50,395 bases of DNA. It comes from a virus. The stretch is taken from IMG/VR virus record IMGVR_UViG_3300029483_000012; one strand, given 5' to 3'. Below are positions 9,764 to 17,975 of the stretch, one piece after another (the first letter of the stretch is position 1; each line of letters opens with the position of its first letter). A model generated the notes under the pieces. It saw nothing but the letters and a program-made list of their open reading frames with translations. It was not told the origin of the DNA and did not search any database. Both the position numbers and the translations under genes were made by a program.

Positions 9764-12700
9764 ATGGCCTGGTTAGGCGTAATCACGAACAACGGAAACG
9801 ACCTGCTGACCCGGTGGGTGGAGGGGAAGAACCTGCACATCACCAGAGCGGCGGCGGGGCAAGGGCGAGTGGAGCAGACCGCCATGCTGGCGCAGTCGGC
9901 TCTTGTGAACGAAAAGCAGACGGTGAGCATCGTGTCCAACACACCGGCAGAAAAGGGCCAGAGGCTCAAACTGCAAGTGACGGCACAGGCTGCGGTGGGG
10001 TACAACCTCAACCAGTTCGGCGTATGGGCGAGACTGGACGAGGAAGAAGATCAAATGATCGCCCTGTTCCAGACGGATACGGACATCGGCATTGAAATCC
10101 CGAGCAAGGAGGCCATGCCGGACTTTGTATACACATTCTACGGGCTGCTGGCATTCTCCAACCAGGGAAACCTTACGGTCAAAATTGATGCCGCCGCTGT
10201 GGTGACGGCGGAAACCATGGGACAGGCAATCGCTGAGGTCATGGGTGCCCACGCCGGAGACCGGGAGGCCCACGCGGCCTTGTTCGAGAAAAAGGCGGAT
10301 TTGGGCGCTGACAGAAAAGTGGTGATCGACCAGCTCCCTGTAAACACGCCGAACGGTGTAGCGGGGCTGGACAAGGACGGCAAGGTGAGCGCCACCCAGC
10401 TGCCGGTGAACGCACCGAACGGCATAGCGGGACTTGGCGACGACGGGAAGATTGCGGCGGCGCAGCTCCCCAGCTATGTGGATGATGTGGTGGAGGGCTA
10501 TTACCATGAGGGTGCTTTCTACTCTGACCCGGCCCACCGGGAGCAGATCACCCCGGAAAGCGGCAAGGTCTACATGGATGCGGAAACCAACATCACATAC
10601 CGGTGGAGCGGGCACAGCTATGCGCCCATCGGCTCCGACCTGGCCCTGGGCGAAACGCAGAGTACAGCCTACCGCGGTGATCGAGGCAAGATCGCATACG
10701 ACCACAGCATGACCAAGGAGGGAAACCCCCACGGAACGAAAGCCGCAGACATTGGCTATACCGACAATAAGGGGCTGGGGGCGACCAACTTGCAGGGGGC
10801 TATGGACGCAGCCGCGCAAAAAGCAACCGACGCGCAGAAGTCTGCGGACGCGGCGCTGGAAGCCATCACAAAAATTGGGCACACCATCGACGCTGTGCCC
10901 AGCCAGAACGGAACGCTGACCTATACCGGAAGCGAGCAAAGCCCGACCTGGAACAGCTATAACCCGGAGACCATGACCATGGGCGGCGTGACCAAGGGAA
11001 CGGATGCCGGGTCGTATAACGCCACATTTACCCCGAAGGAGGGGTACACCTGGGGAGACGGAACCAACGAGACAAAAACCGCAGTGTGGAAAATCGGGCG
11101 GGCCACGATCATGGCGGTGCCCAGCCAGTCCGGGGCGCTGGCCTATACCGGAAGCGCACAGACACCGGCCTGGGCCAACTACGAAAGCACAAAGCTGACC
11201 CTGGGCGGAACCACCAGCGGAACCAATGCGGGAAGCTATGAGGCGACCTTTACGCCAAAGGCCAACTACCAGTGGCAGGACGGAAGCACGACCGCAAAGA
11301 CCGCCGTATGGCGCATTGAACGGGCAAAAATCGCAGTGGTGCCCAGCCAGTCCGGGGCACTGACCTATACCGGCGGGGCGCAAAGCCCGAGCTGGAGCAA
11401 CTATGACAGCACAAAGCTGACCCTGGGCGGCACTACCAGCGGAACTGCCGCGGGCAACTACAACGCGACATTTACACCGAAAGAAAACTACCGGTGGCAG
11501 GATGGAAGTGTGACCGCCAAAAATGCGGCGTGGGCCATTCAAAAGGCGGCAGGCACGCTGGCCCTCTCCCCCACCTCCATGACCCTGGACGCCTCTGCCA
11601 AGAGCAAGAGCATCACTGTGACCAAGAACGGCACGGGGGCGGTCTCGGCCACCGCATCGCCCAGCGGCGTGGTGACGGTGAGCGTGAGCGGGAACACGGT
11701 CACGGTGACTGCCGTTAAGGACGGAAACGCCACAGTGACGGTGAATGTGGCGGCGGACGCCAACCACACCGCCCCGAGTGCAAAGACCTGTTCTGTGAAG
11801 GTGGAGATGCCGAACATCTACGGCGTGGAGTGGGACGGCACCAGCACAACGGTGTGGAGCCGGACGGATAAGGCGGCAGGCTTCACGAACCCTGTGCCCT
11901 ATGTGGCCGGGCAGAGCAAGTACGGAAGCCCGTTCGATAACCTGATGCCCTGGAGCGGGATGGTTCGGTCAAGCGACCCCGCAGCGGGCGAGCTGGTGGC
12001 TATCCCGAAATTCTGGTTCAAGTGGACAAAGAGCGGGAGCCGGTTGAAACTCCAGATCGCGGACAAGGCGACGCCGGGTTTCCATGTCTCCCCGGCCCAC
12101 GCAGACCGCGGGGACGGAAAGGGCGAGCGGAACACCGTGTACATTGGCCGGTATCACTGCCACACGAGCAACTGGAAAAGCCAGAGCGGCGGAAAGCCCA
12201 AGGCAGACATCACCCGGAGCGCGGCGCGGAGCGGTATCCACGGCCTGGGCGGCACCATCTGGCAGAGCGACATCCAAATCCGCATGACGATCTGGATGCT
12301 GTACCTGGTGGAGTTCGCAGACTGGAACAGCCAAAAGACCATCGGCAAAGGCTGCGGAGACAACAGTGCCCCCGGCAACATGGGTTATACGGATAGTATG
12401 CCGTACCATACCGGAACTACGCAGAACAGCCGGGACAGCTACGGCCTGGGCACACAGTACCGGAACATTGAGGGTCTTTGGGACAATGTATACGACTGGG
12501 GAGACGGCTGCTACTACAACAGCGCGGGGCTGAACATCATCATGAACCCCAATCAATTCAGCGACACCAGCGGGGGAACCGCCGTGGGCGTACCCACGAG
12601 CGGGTGGCCCAGTGCATTTGCGGTGGCAACGAAAAGCGGTCTGGAGTGGTGCATCTACCCCACGGCGACGGGGGGCAGTGAGACCACCTACTCGTCGGAT

Positions 12701-12847
12701 TACTGGAACTTCGGCGCGTCCTACCCGTGTCTGTGCTTCGGCGGTGGCTATTACCGGAGCGGGGACCGCGGGTTGTTCTTTGTGTACTACAATTCCGTGT
12801 CGAGCGCCGTCGCGGACATCGGCTGCCGCCTCCAAAAACTCCCCTGA
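9764..12847 (+). CDS. Tail fibre / receptor-binding protein; DGR target protein with a C-terminal C-type-lectin-like variable domain
   Basis: 1027 aa. N-terminal tail-collar-like segment, then QLPVN.PNG.AGL..DGK short repeats, 3 x 74-aa Ig-like tandem repeats and a Big_2-like segment (LALSPTSMTLDASAKSKSITV...). The C-terminal domain's last about 46 codons are the VR matching the downstream TR. Confidence 0.9.
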   Translation: MAWLGVITNNGNDLLTRWVEGKNLHITRAAAGQGRVEQTAMLAQSALVNEKQTVSIVSNTPAEKGQRLKLQVTAQAAVGYNLNQFGVWARLDEEEDQMIALFQTDTDIGIEIPSKEAMPDFVYTFYGLLAFSNQGNLTVKIDAAAVVTAETMGQAIAEVMGAHAGDREAHAALFEKKADLGADRKVVIDQLPVNTPNGVAGLDKDGKVSATQLPVNAPNGIAGLGDDGKIAAAQLPSYVDDVVEGYYHEGAFYSDPAHREQITPESGKVYMDAETNITYRWSGHSYAPIGSDLALGETQSTAYRGDRGKIAYDHSMTKEGNPHGTKAADIGYTDNKGLGATNLQGAMDAAAQKATDAQKSADAALEAITKIGHTIDAVPSQNGTLTYTGSEQSPTWNSYNPETMTMGGVTKGTDAGSYNATFTPKEGYTWGDGTNETKTAVWKIGRATIMAVPSQSGALAYTGSAQTPAWANYESTKLTLGGTTSGTNAGSYEATFTPKANYQWQDGSTTAKTAVWRIERAKIAVVPSQSGALTYTGGAQSPSWSNYDSTKLTLGGTTSGTAAGNYNATFTPKENYRWQDGSVTAKNAAWAIQKAAGTLALSPTSMTLDASAKSKSITVTKNGTGAVSATASPSGVVTVSVSGNTVTVTAVKDGNATVTVNVAADANHTAPSAKTCSVKVEMPNIYGVEWDGTSTTVWSRTDKAAGFTNPVPYVAGQSKYGSPFDNLMPWSGMVRSSDPAAGELVAIPKFWFKWTKSGSRLKLQIADKATPGFHVSPAHADRGDGKGERNTVYIGRYHCHTSNWKSQSGGKPKADITRSAARSGIHGLGGTIWQSDIQIRMTIWMLYLVEFADWNSQKTIGKGCGDNSAPGNMGYTDSMPYHTGTTQNSRDSYGLGTQYRNIEGLWDNVYDWGDGCYYNSAGLNIIMNPNQFSDTSGGTAVGVPTSGWPSAFAVATKSGLEWCIYPTATGGSETTYSSDYWNFGASYPCLCFGGGYYRSGDRGLFFVYYNSVSSAVADIGCRLQKLP
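10895..11560 (+). repeat. Three tandem 222-bp (74-aa) Ig-like repeats inside the tail fibre gene
   Basis: Units start at 10895, 11117 and 11339 (VPSQ[NS]G.L.YTG..Q.P.W.NY....T.GG.T.GT.AG.Y.ATFTPK..Y.W.DG...K.A.W.I). Confidence 0.9.
12691..12829 (+). repeat. DGR variable region (VR) at the 3' end of the tail fibre gene
   Basis: 139-nt alignment to 13143-13281 with no gaps. By hand count there are 18 mismatches. 17 of them are positions where the TR has A and the VR has G or T; one is C to T. Confidence 0.9.
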
Positions 12848-12886
12848 CAGGGGAGGGGGTGCAGGGGGACGGGGGCCGCAGCCCCC
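12839..12886 (+). promoter_or_regulatory. GC-rich hairpins just 3' of the VR (candidate DGR target-recognition cruciform)
   Basis: ctcccct-gac-aggggag (12839-12855, spanning the stop codon) and gggggc-cgca-gccccc (12871-12886). No T-run follows either hairpin. Confidence 0.5.
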
Positions 12887-13142
12887 TCCCTCCTGCATAT
12901 CCCCGGCCCGCAGGCCGTCGTCCTCGCGGACTTTACATCGCTTGCCTCGCCGCAACGCGGCAAGGCGCACTCGCGCCGTCGCTCGTCCTCACCCGCCCGA
13001 ACCCGCCGTGCTGGGCTTCGGGCGGGCGGAAAAGAAGCGGACGAGAGACGGAAGATAAGAAACCTTAACGGGTTTTCCGCCGCAAACGCGGCGTGAAAAT
13101 ACAGGGGGAGATCGCGCACGCAGTCGGTGCCTTGGTTTTTGG

Positions 13143-13281
13143 CTCGTCGGATAACTGGAACTTCAACGCGTCCAACCCGTGTCTGCACTTCGGCGGTAAC
13201 TATAACCGGAACGGGAACCACGGGTTGTTCTATGTGAACTACAATTCCGTGTCGAACGCCAACGCGAACATCGGCTGCCGC
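13143..13281 (+). repeat. DGR template region (TR)
   Basis: Non-coding copy of the VR, rich in AAC codons in the VR reading frame (SDNWNFNASNPCLHFGGNYNRNGNHGLFYVNYNSVSNANANIGCR). It lies 280 nt upstream of the RT gene. Confidence 0.9.
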
Positions 13282-13560
13282 GTCCTTTTAGGACTGGCTA
13301 CCCACCTCCATTCCTCGTCGTCACAAGCTGCGGAGCGTGCGCCCCGGCCCACGGGCCAGGGCTTACTTCCTCCGCTGCTCTTCCTCTTCCTTGCAAACCC
13401 GCTGATGCTGGGCTTTGCTCGGATGGGGAGAGGCGAGGGCGTGATCTTCCTCGGCACCCCTTGGTGCAGATTAGCCAACAGGACACGGTTTAGTACACTC
13501 CCGCAACCGGCGGGAGCGGTGGAAAGATCGTGAGGCTAAAAGGAGGAGCAAACATCCTGT
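13282..13560 (+). ncRNA. Putative DGR RNA spacer between the TR and the RT gene
   Basis: No credible ORF is present. The position corresponds to the Sp segment of the BPP-1 DGR RNA. Extent and transcript ends are not determined. Confidence 0.4.
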
Positions 13561-14664
13561 ATGAAACGAGCAAAAGACCTATACCAAAAACTGATTTCAG
13601 ACGAAAATCTCAGGCTGGCAATCCTCACGGTGAACGCTACGCATAAATGGCACCCACACCACAGGCCAAATAAAACGGTGCTGCGGGTGGAGGCGGACAT
13701 CGACGGATATGTGGAGAAGCTGCGGGAGATCATCGTCAACGGATATGATGCGGCCCCACCAAGAATAGCCCGGCGCTGGGACAAGAGCGCCGGAAAATGG
13801 AGGGACATATCAGAGCCGAGATTGTGGCCTGACCAGTATGTTCACCATGCGGTCATTCAAGTTCTGGAACCGGTGCTGATGCGGGGAATGGACAAGTTCT
13901 GCTGCGGAAGTATCAAGGGCCGGGGCATCCATTACGGCGTTAAGGCAATCAAGAAATGGATGCGGACAGACCCGAAAGGGACGAAGTATGCAGAGGAGCT
14001 GGACATCCACCATTTTTACGACAGCCTGACCATTGAAACGGTGATGGCCCGCCTGCGGAGGCTGGTCAAAGACCGGAGGATGCTGGATGTATGTGAGCGG
14101 CTGATGAAGTACGGCGTCCTGATTGGCGCATTCTTCTCACAGTGGTTTGCCAACACGGTGCTGCAACCGCTTGACCAGATGATACGGAACAGCGGGCTGT
14201 GTGACCACTATATGCGGTACATGGACAACCTGACGCTGTTCGGGCGGAACAAAAGGAAACTGCGAAAGCTGCGGGGCATGATCGAGGATTGGCTTGCAGG
14301 CCGCCGGTTGAAGCTAAACAACAAGTGGCAGCTCTATCCGACGGCAAAGCGGACGGTGGCGGCGCTGGGATACCGGTTCGGCCATAAGTTTTCCCTGCTG
14401 CGAAAGCGGAATATGGTGCGGTTGAAAAAGTCGCTATCAGAATGTTATCGGGCCATGCGGAAACACCGGAAGATCAGGCCGAAGCTGGCACAGGGCCTAT
14501 TGTCACGGTTGGGCCAAATGAAGCACTGCAACCATGTACATTTCTTTGAGAAGTATGTGGAAACAGGGCTGCAACGAAAATTGAAGCTCGTGGTAAGAGA
14601 GCATACGAGAAAGGAGCAGGCAAGATGGAATATGTGTACGGAACCGCTGAAATCGACGGCGTGA
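13561..14664 (+). CDS. DGR-type reverse transcriptase
   Basis: 367 aa. RT motifs read by eye: RDISEP...D.YVHHAV, SIKGRGIHYG, LDIHHFYDS, VLIGAFFSQ (the DGR-typical [ILV]GxxxSQ), YMRYMDNLTLFG (YMDN in place of YxDD) and LGYRF. It sits directly after the TR. Confidence 0.9.
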   Translation: MKRAKDLYQKLISDENLRLAILTVNATHKWHPHHRPNKTVLRVEADIDGYVEKLREIIVNGYDAAPPRIARRWDKSAGKWRDISEPRLWPDQYVHHAVIQVLEPVLMRGMDKFCCGSIKGRGIHYGVKAIKKWMRTDPKGTKYAEELDIHHFYDSLTIETVMARLRRLVKDRRMLDVCERLMKYGVLIGAFFSQWFANTVLQPLDQMIRNSGLCDHYMRYMDNLTLFGRNKRKLRKLRGMIEDWLAGRRLKLNNKWQLYPTAKRTVAALGYRFGHKFSLLRKRNMVRLKKSLSECYRAMRKHRKIRPKLAQGLLSRLGQMKHCNHVHFFEKYVETGLQRKLKLVVREHTRKEQARWNMCTEPLKSTA

Positions 14665-15269
14665 TGCGGGAAAACCTGAAAGTCATTGGCGGCCCGAAGC
14701 TGGAGGAGGGGGAGTACCTGACCACGGTTCGGGAGTACGACGACAACACGATCACCGACCGGTGCCGCATCGACCGGCACTATCTGACGGCGGAGGACGA
14801 GGACGGGACGAAGTACGACTTCTATGCCATCAGCGAGCATTACCGCTACATCGACCGTACCAAGATGCTGGATGAAACCAAGGCGGCGACAGAGATCGCC
14901 TTTGTCGCCCTGGCCGAGACCGGCGGCATCGACGGGACGACTGCCGGGGAACACAAAAATCTGTTTGAGGAATGGCAGGCGGGGGTCTCCTACAAAGTGG
15001 GCCAGTACAGGCGCTATGGAGAGAAGCTGTACTGGTGCGTACAGCAGCACACCTCGCAGGCGGGATGGGAGCCGGACAAGGCGGCAAGTCTGTGGTCTGT
15101 GGCCGCTGACCCTGCGGAGGAGTGGCCGGAATGGAGCCAGCCGCTTGGAGCGCATGACGCCTACGCCAAGGGGGCAAAGGTGTCGCACAACGGGAAGCAC
15201 TGGGTCAGTGATGTGGATGCGAATGTGTGGGAACCCGGCGTCAGCGGATGGTCGGAGGCGAAAGAATGA
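14625..15269 (+). CDS. Tail-fibre-associated protein with two C-terminal carbohydrate-binding (chitin-binding type 3 / CBM5_12-like) repeats
   Basis: 214 aa. Repeats are YKVGQYRRYGEKLYWCVQQHTSQAGWEPDKAASLW and YAKGAKVSHNGKHWVSDVDANVWEPGVSGW. AAAGGAG RBS. Confidence 0.55.
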   Translation: MEYVYGTAEIDGVMRENLKVIGGPKLEEGEYLTTVREYDDNTITDRCRIDRHYLTAEDEDGTKYDFYAISEHYRYIDRTKMLDETKAATEIAFVALAETGGIDGTTAGEHKNLFEEWQAGVSYKVGQYRRYGEKLYWCVQQHTSQAGWEPDKAASLWSVAADPAEEWPEWSQPLGAHDAYAKGAKVSHNGKHWVSDVDANVWEPGVSGWSEAKE

Positions 15270-15448
15270 GCAGCCATTTGCAGATCATCGCTGAACTGGA
15301 GACGGTGACAGAAATCCAGGCAAAAGCCATCCGTGTTCTGGCAACGAGGCTGGCAGAACTGGGCGACACGGAGACCGGGCGGGACGAGATCGCGGAAGCC
15401 GATAAGGCATACCGTGAGGCCATCGGCGGAACCGATTGGATGGGCTGA
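15266..15448 (+). CDS. Small helical protein, unknown function
   Basis: 60 aa counted from ATG 15266, which forms an ATGA overlap with the previous stop. It lies between the tail and lysis genes. Confidence 0.5.
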   Translation: MSSHLQIIAELETVTEIQAKAIRVLATRLAELGDTETGRDEIAEADKAYREAIGGTDWMG

Positions 15449-15467
15449 TACGCAGGAGGACGAGGGA

Positions 15468-15752
15468 ATGTACATCGACGCGGACTTTATCATCAAGGCA
15501 GCAAGCCTGCTGAGCGCACTGGGGGCATTGGTGGCGGCGGTCGTGGCCGTGTACAAGGTGCTGGAGAACAATAAGAAGCAGAACGAGTTCATCAACGCCA
15601 TGCAGGAGGAGCAGACCTTGATCTGCTACGGACTGCGGGGCGCTCTGCAAGGGCTTGTGGAGCAGGGGTGCAACGGGCCATGCAAGGACGCACTGGCGAG
15701 GTTGGACAAGCACCTGAACAAAAGCGCACACCCGCATATCCCGGAGGGCTGA
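15468..15752 (+). CDS. Membrane-anchored small protein (one N-terminal TM), possible holin accessory
   Basis: 94 aa counted from ATG 15468 after AGGAGGACGAGGGA. TM segment IIKAASLLSALGALVAAVVAVY. Confidence 0.45.
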   Translation: MYIDADFIIKAASLLSALGALVAAVVAVYKVLENNKKQNEFINAMQEEQTLICYGLRGALQGLVEQGCNGPCKDALARLDKHLNKSAHPHIPEG

Positions 15753-15753
15753 G

Positions 15754-16068
15754 ATGGCCGGGCGGCGGGTGAACAAAAAGACGAAACGCAAGAAGAAGCG
15801 CATCGGAACGATGGACTTGATCTTGCTGCTCGTCTTTATTTGTCTGGTTATCTTTACCGTTACCATGATACGGCTGTTCCAGGTCTACGGCTCGGTGCCG
15901 GATACCCTTGTAACCTGTGTGTTTGCCACACTGGGCGGGGAGTGCGGTATCCTGGGGTGGATAAAGACCAACAAGGATAAACGGCAGGACAGACGGTGGC
16001 AGCGGGAGGATATGAAACGGGAAAGGGAGGCGATGGAGCAGGCCGTGCAACAGTCAGAGGAACCGTAA
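15754..16068 (+). CDS. Putative holin (two TM segments, basic N- and charged C-termini)
   Basis: 104 aa. TM segments LILLLVFICLVIFTVTMI and LVTCVFATLGGECGILGWI, followed by a highly charged tail. Directly upstream of the endolysin gene. Confidence 0.55.
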   Translation: MAGRRVNKKTKRKKKRIGTMDLILLLVFICLVIFTVTMIRLFQVYGSVPDTLVTCVFATLGGECGILGWIKTNKDKRQDRRWQREDMKREREAMEQAVQQSEEP

Positions 16069-16082
16069 AGGAGGGATAGATC

Positions 16083-17570
16083 GTGCTGAACGGCAGGAAC
16101 AATGAGGAAAAAATCTGGAACTACCTGAAAGGCGCAGGGTTAAACGACTGTGGAGCCGCTGGGCTGATGGGAAACCTGTATGCAGAAAGCGGCCTGCGAC
16201 CGGACAACCTGCAAAACACCTACGAACAAAAGCTGGGTATGACGGACACCTCATACACGGCGGCGGTTGACGGAGGAACCTATACCGGGTTCGTGCGGGA
16301 CTGCGCCGGTTATGGGCTGGCACAGTGGACTTACTGGAGCCGGAAACAGGGACTTTTCAATTTTGCCAAGGCGGCGGGCCGGAGCATCGGAGACATGGAG
16401 ATGCAGCTTGATTTCCTGATGAAAGAGCTGCGTGAGGGTTACAAAGCTGTTCTGACCACGCTGAAAACGGCGGGAAGCGTCCGGCAGGCATCAGATGCAG
16501 TCATGCTGCAATTTGAGCGCCCGGCAGATCAGAGCGAGACGGCGAAAAAGCGCCGGGCCTCGTTCGGGCAGAAGTATTATGACAGGTACGCAAAACCCAA
16601 GGAGGGACAAGCTGTGGGAACATTCAAGCCGAGACTGACCCGACCGGAGGCGGGCAACAAATATTACATCACCAAGGCGAGCGGAGGATGGTCGGACGCC
16701 ATCAAGGGAAAGCCGGTGGACGCGCTGTGCAACACCCTTTCCAACTGCGTGGGCTATGCCTATGGGCGATTTAATGAGATCGGCGGTTACGGGTGCTGTA
16801 AATATCTGCGGCCCGTGAACGCCGAAAACTTTATCCAGTTTGCCGGGGGCCTGGCCGTAGGTCAGGAGCCGAAGCTGGGGGCCTGCATGGTGTGGCGCAA
16901 GGGGGCGACGCTGAACGGTTCGGATGGAGCGGGCCATGTGGCAATCGTGGAGCAGATTATCAGTGCAACTGAGATCGTGACCAGCGAAAGCGGATACGGA
17001 AGCAAAACCCCGTTCTGGACAAAGCGCCGGAAGAAAGGCACAGGGAACTGGGGAGCCGGGAGCGGGTACACTTTCCTGGGCTTTATCTATAACCCGGCTG
17101 TGAGCGGAAGCACCACGACAACCCCGGCACCGAACCCACCGACAACCGGAGGCGCAACCGAAGCGCTGAAATACAAGGTGGGCCAGATGGTGCAATCTCT
17201 GGCGAAGAAGCACTACACCAGCTCCAATGCGGCGACGGGAAAGAACTGCAAGCCGTGCGAGGCAAAGGTGACGGCCATCAATCCGGGAAGCAAGCACCCC
17301 TATCATGTGGTGGGCACTTCTGTGTATGGATGGGTAGACGAGGACGACATCGCGGCCACGGCATCTGCTGACACTGCCCTTGCCGTGGGCGACCGGGTGA
17401 AGATGGACAAGTCGGCAACGATTTACGGCACCATGCGCAAGTTTACTGCATGGGTGTATGCCACAAAGCTGTATGTGCGCGGCATTGACGGGAACCGCGT
17501 GGTGGTATCCACGCTGAAAAGCGGGGCTATCACCGGTGCGGTTGACAAGAAGCATTTGACGAAAGTGTAA
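16083..17570 (+). CDS. Multidomain endolysin: phage-lysozyme-like N-domain, CHAP/NlpC-P60-like peptidase and two SH3-like wall-binding repeats
   Basis: 495 aa, GTG start after AAAGGAGGG. N-domain motif GAAGLMGNLYAESGLRP...GYGLAQWTYWSRK. Peptidase Cys in SNCVGYAYGR and His in GHVAIVEQI. A TTTTPAPNPPTTGG linker precedes two C-terminal repeats. Confidence 0.8.
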   Translation: MLNGRNNEEKIWNYLKGAGLNDCGAAGLMGNLYAESGLRPDNLQNTYEQKLGMTDTSYTAAVDGGTYTGFVRDCAGYGLAQWTYWSRKQGLFNFAKAAGRSIGDMEMQLDFLMKELREGYKAVLTTLKTAGSVRQASDAVMLQFERPADQSETAKKRRASFGQKYYDRYAKPKEGQAVGTFKPRLTRPEAGNKYYITKASGGWSDAIKGKPVDALCNTLSNCVGYAYGRFNEIGGYGCCKYLRPVNAENFIQFAGGLAVGQEPKLGACMVWRKGATLNGSDGAGHVAIVEQIISATEIVTSESGYGSKTPFWTKRRKKGTGNWGAGSGYTFLGFIYNPAVSGSTTTTPAPNPPTTGGATEALKYKVGQMVQSLAKKHYTSSNAATGKNCKPCEAKVTAINPGSKHPYHVVGTSVYGWVDEDDIAATASADTALAVGDRVKMDKSATIYGTMRKFTAWVYATKLYVRGIDGNRVVVSTLKSGAITGAVDKKHLTKV

Positions 17571-17585
17571 TAGGAGGGTATACAC

Positions 17586-17924
17586 ATGGATAACATTATG
17601 CAGTACATTCCACTGGCGGTATCCGCTGTTCTGCTGGCGGCCCTTATCCTGACGGTGGTCACCAACATCATCACCCAGGTTCTCAAAAAGCTCACCTGGG
17701 AAAAGATACCCACCAACATTCTGGCCTTTCTTGTGGCGATGGCTGTGACCCTTCTGGCGTTCTTCGCAGCCTGTCAGATCATGGCGTGGGCCGTCACCTG
17801 GTACATGGTGGCCGGAGCAGTAGCCCTGGGCTTGTTCGTCGCCTACGCCGCTATGTTTGGATATGACAAACTGCGAGAGGCGCTGGAGCAGATCATTAAC
17901 TGGGAAAAGAGAAAAACAGAGTAA
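17586..17924 (+). CDS. Holin-like membrane protein (three TM segments)
   Basis: 112 aa with a TAGGAGGG RBS, three hydrophobic helices and a charged C-terminal tail (REALEQIINWEKRKTE). Adjacent to the endolysin gene. Confidence 0.6.
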   Translation: MDNIMQYIPLAVSAVLLAALILTVVTNIITQVLKKLTWEKIPTNILAFLVAMAVTLLAFFAACQIMAWAVTWYMVAGAVALGLFVAYAAMFGYDKLREALEQIINWEKRKTE

Positions 17925-17930
17925 AGATGT

Positions 17931-17975
17931 CCCCCGGCTATCACACTTACAGGTGCGGTAGCCGGGGGATTTTTC
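17931..17975 (+). terminator. Rho-independent terminator ending the late (tail/lysis) transcription unit
   Basis: cccccggcta (17931-17940) pairs with tagccggggg (17959-17968) and is followed by ATTTTT. Confidence 0.8.

Noticed and set aside
12612-13068. Overlapping ORFs (148 and 113 aa) in the VR-TR spacer, considered as possible Avd genes
   Set aside because: They start inside the tail fibre gene in other frames. They are Pro/Arg/Gly-rich rather than helical, and the spacer contains no ATG on the plus strand.
13093-13533. 146-aa plus-strand ORF covering the TR and the downstream spacer
   Set aside because: Its middle is simply the TR read in the tail-fibre frame (Asn-rich copy of the VR). 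There is no RBS, and the remainder is low-complexity. I interpret it as non-coding DGR RNA.
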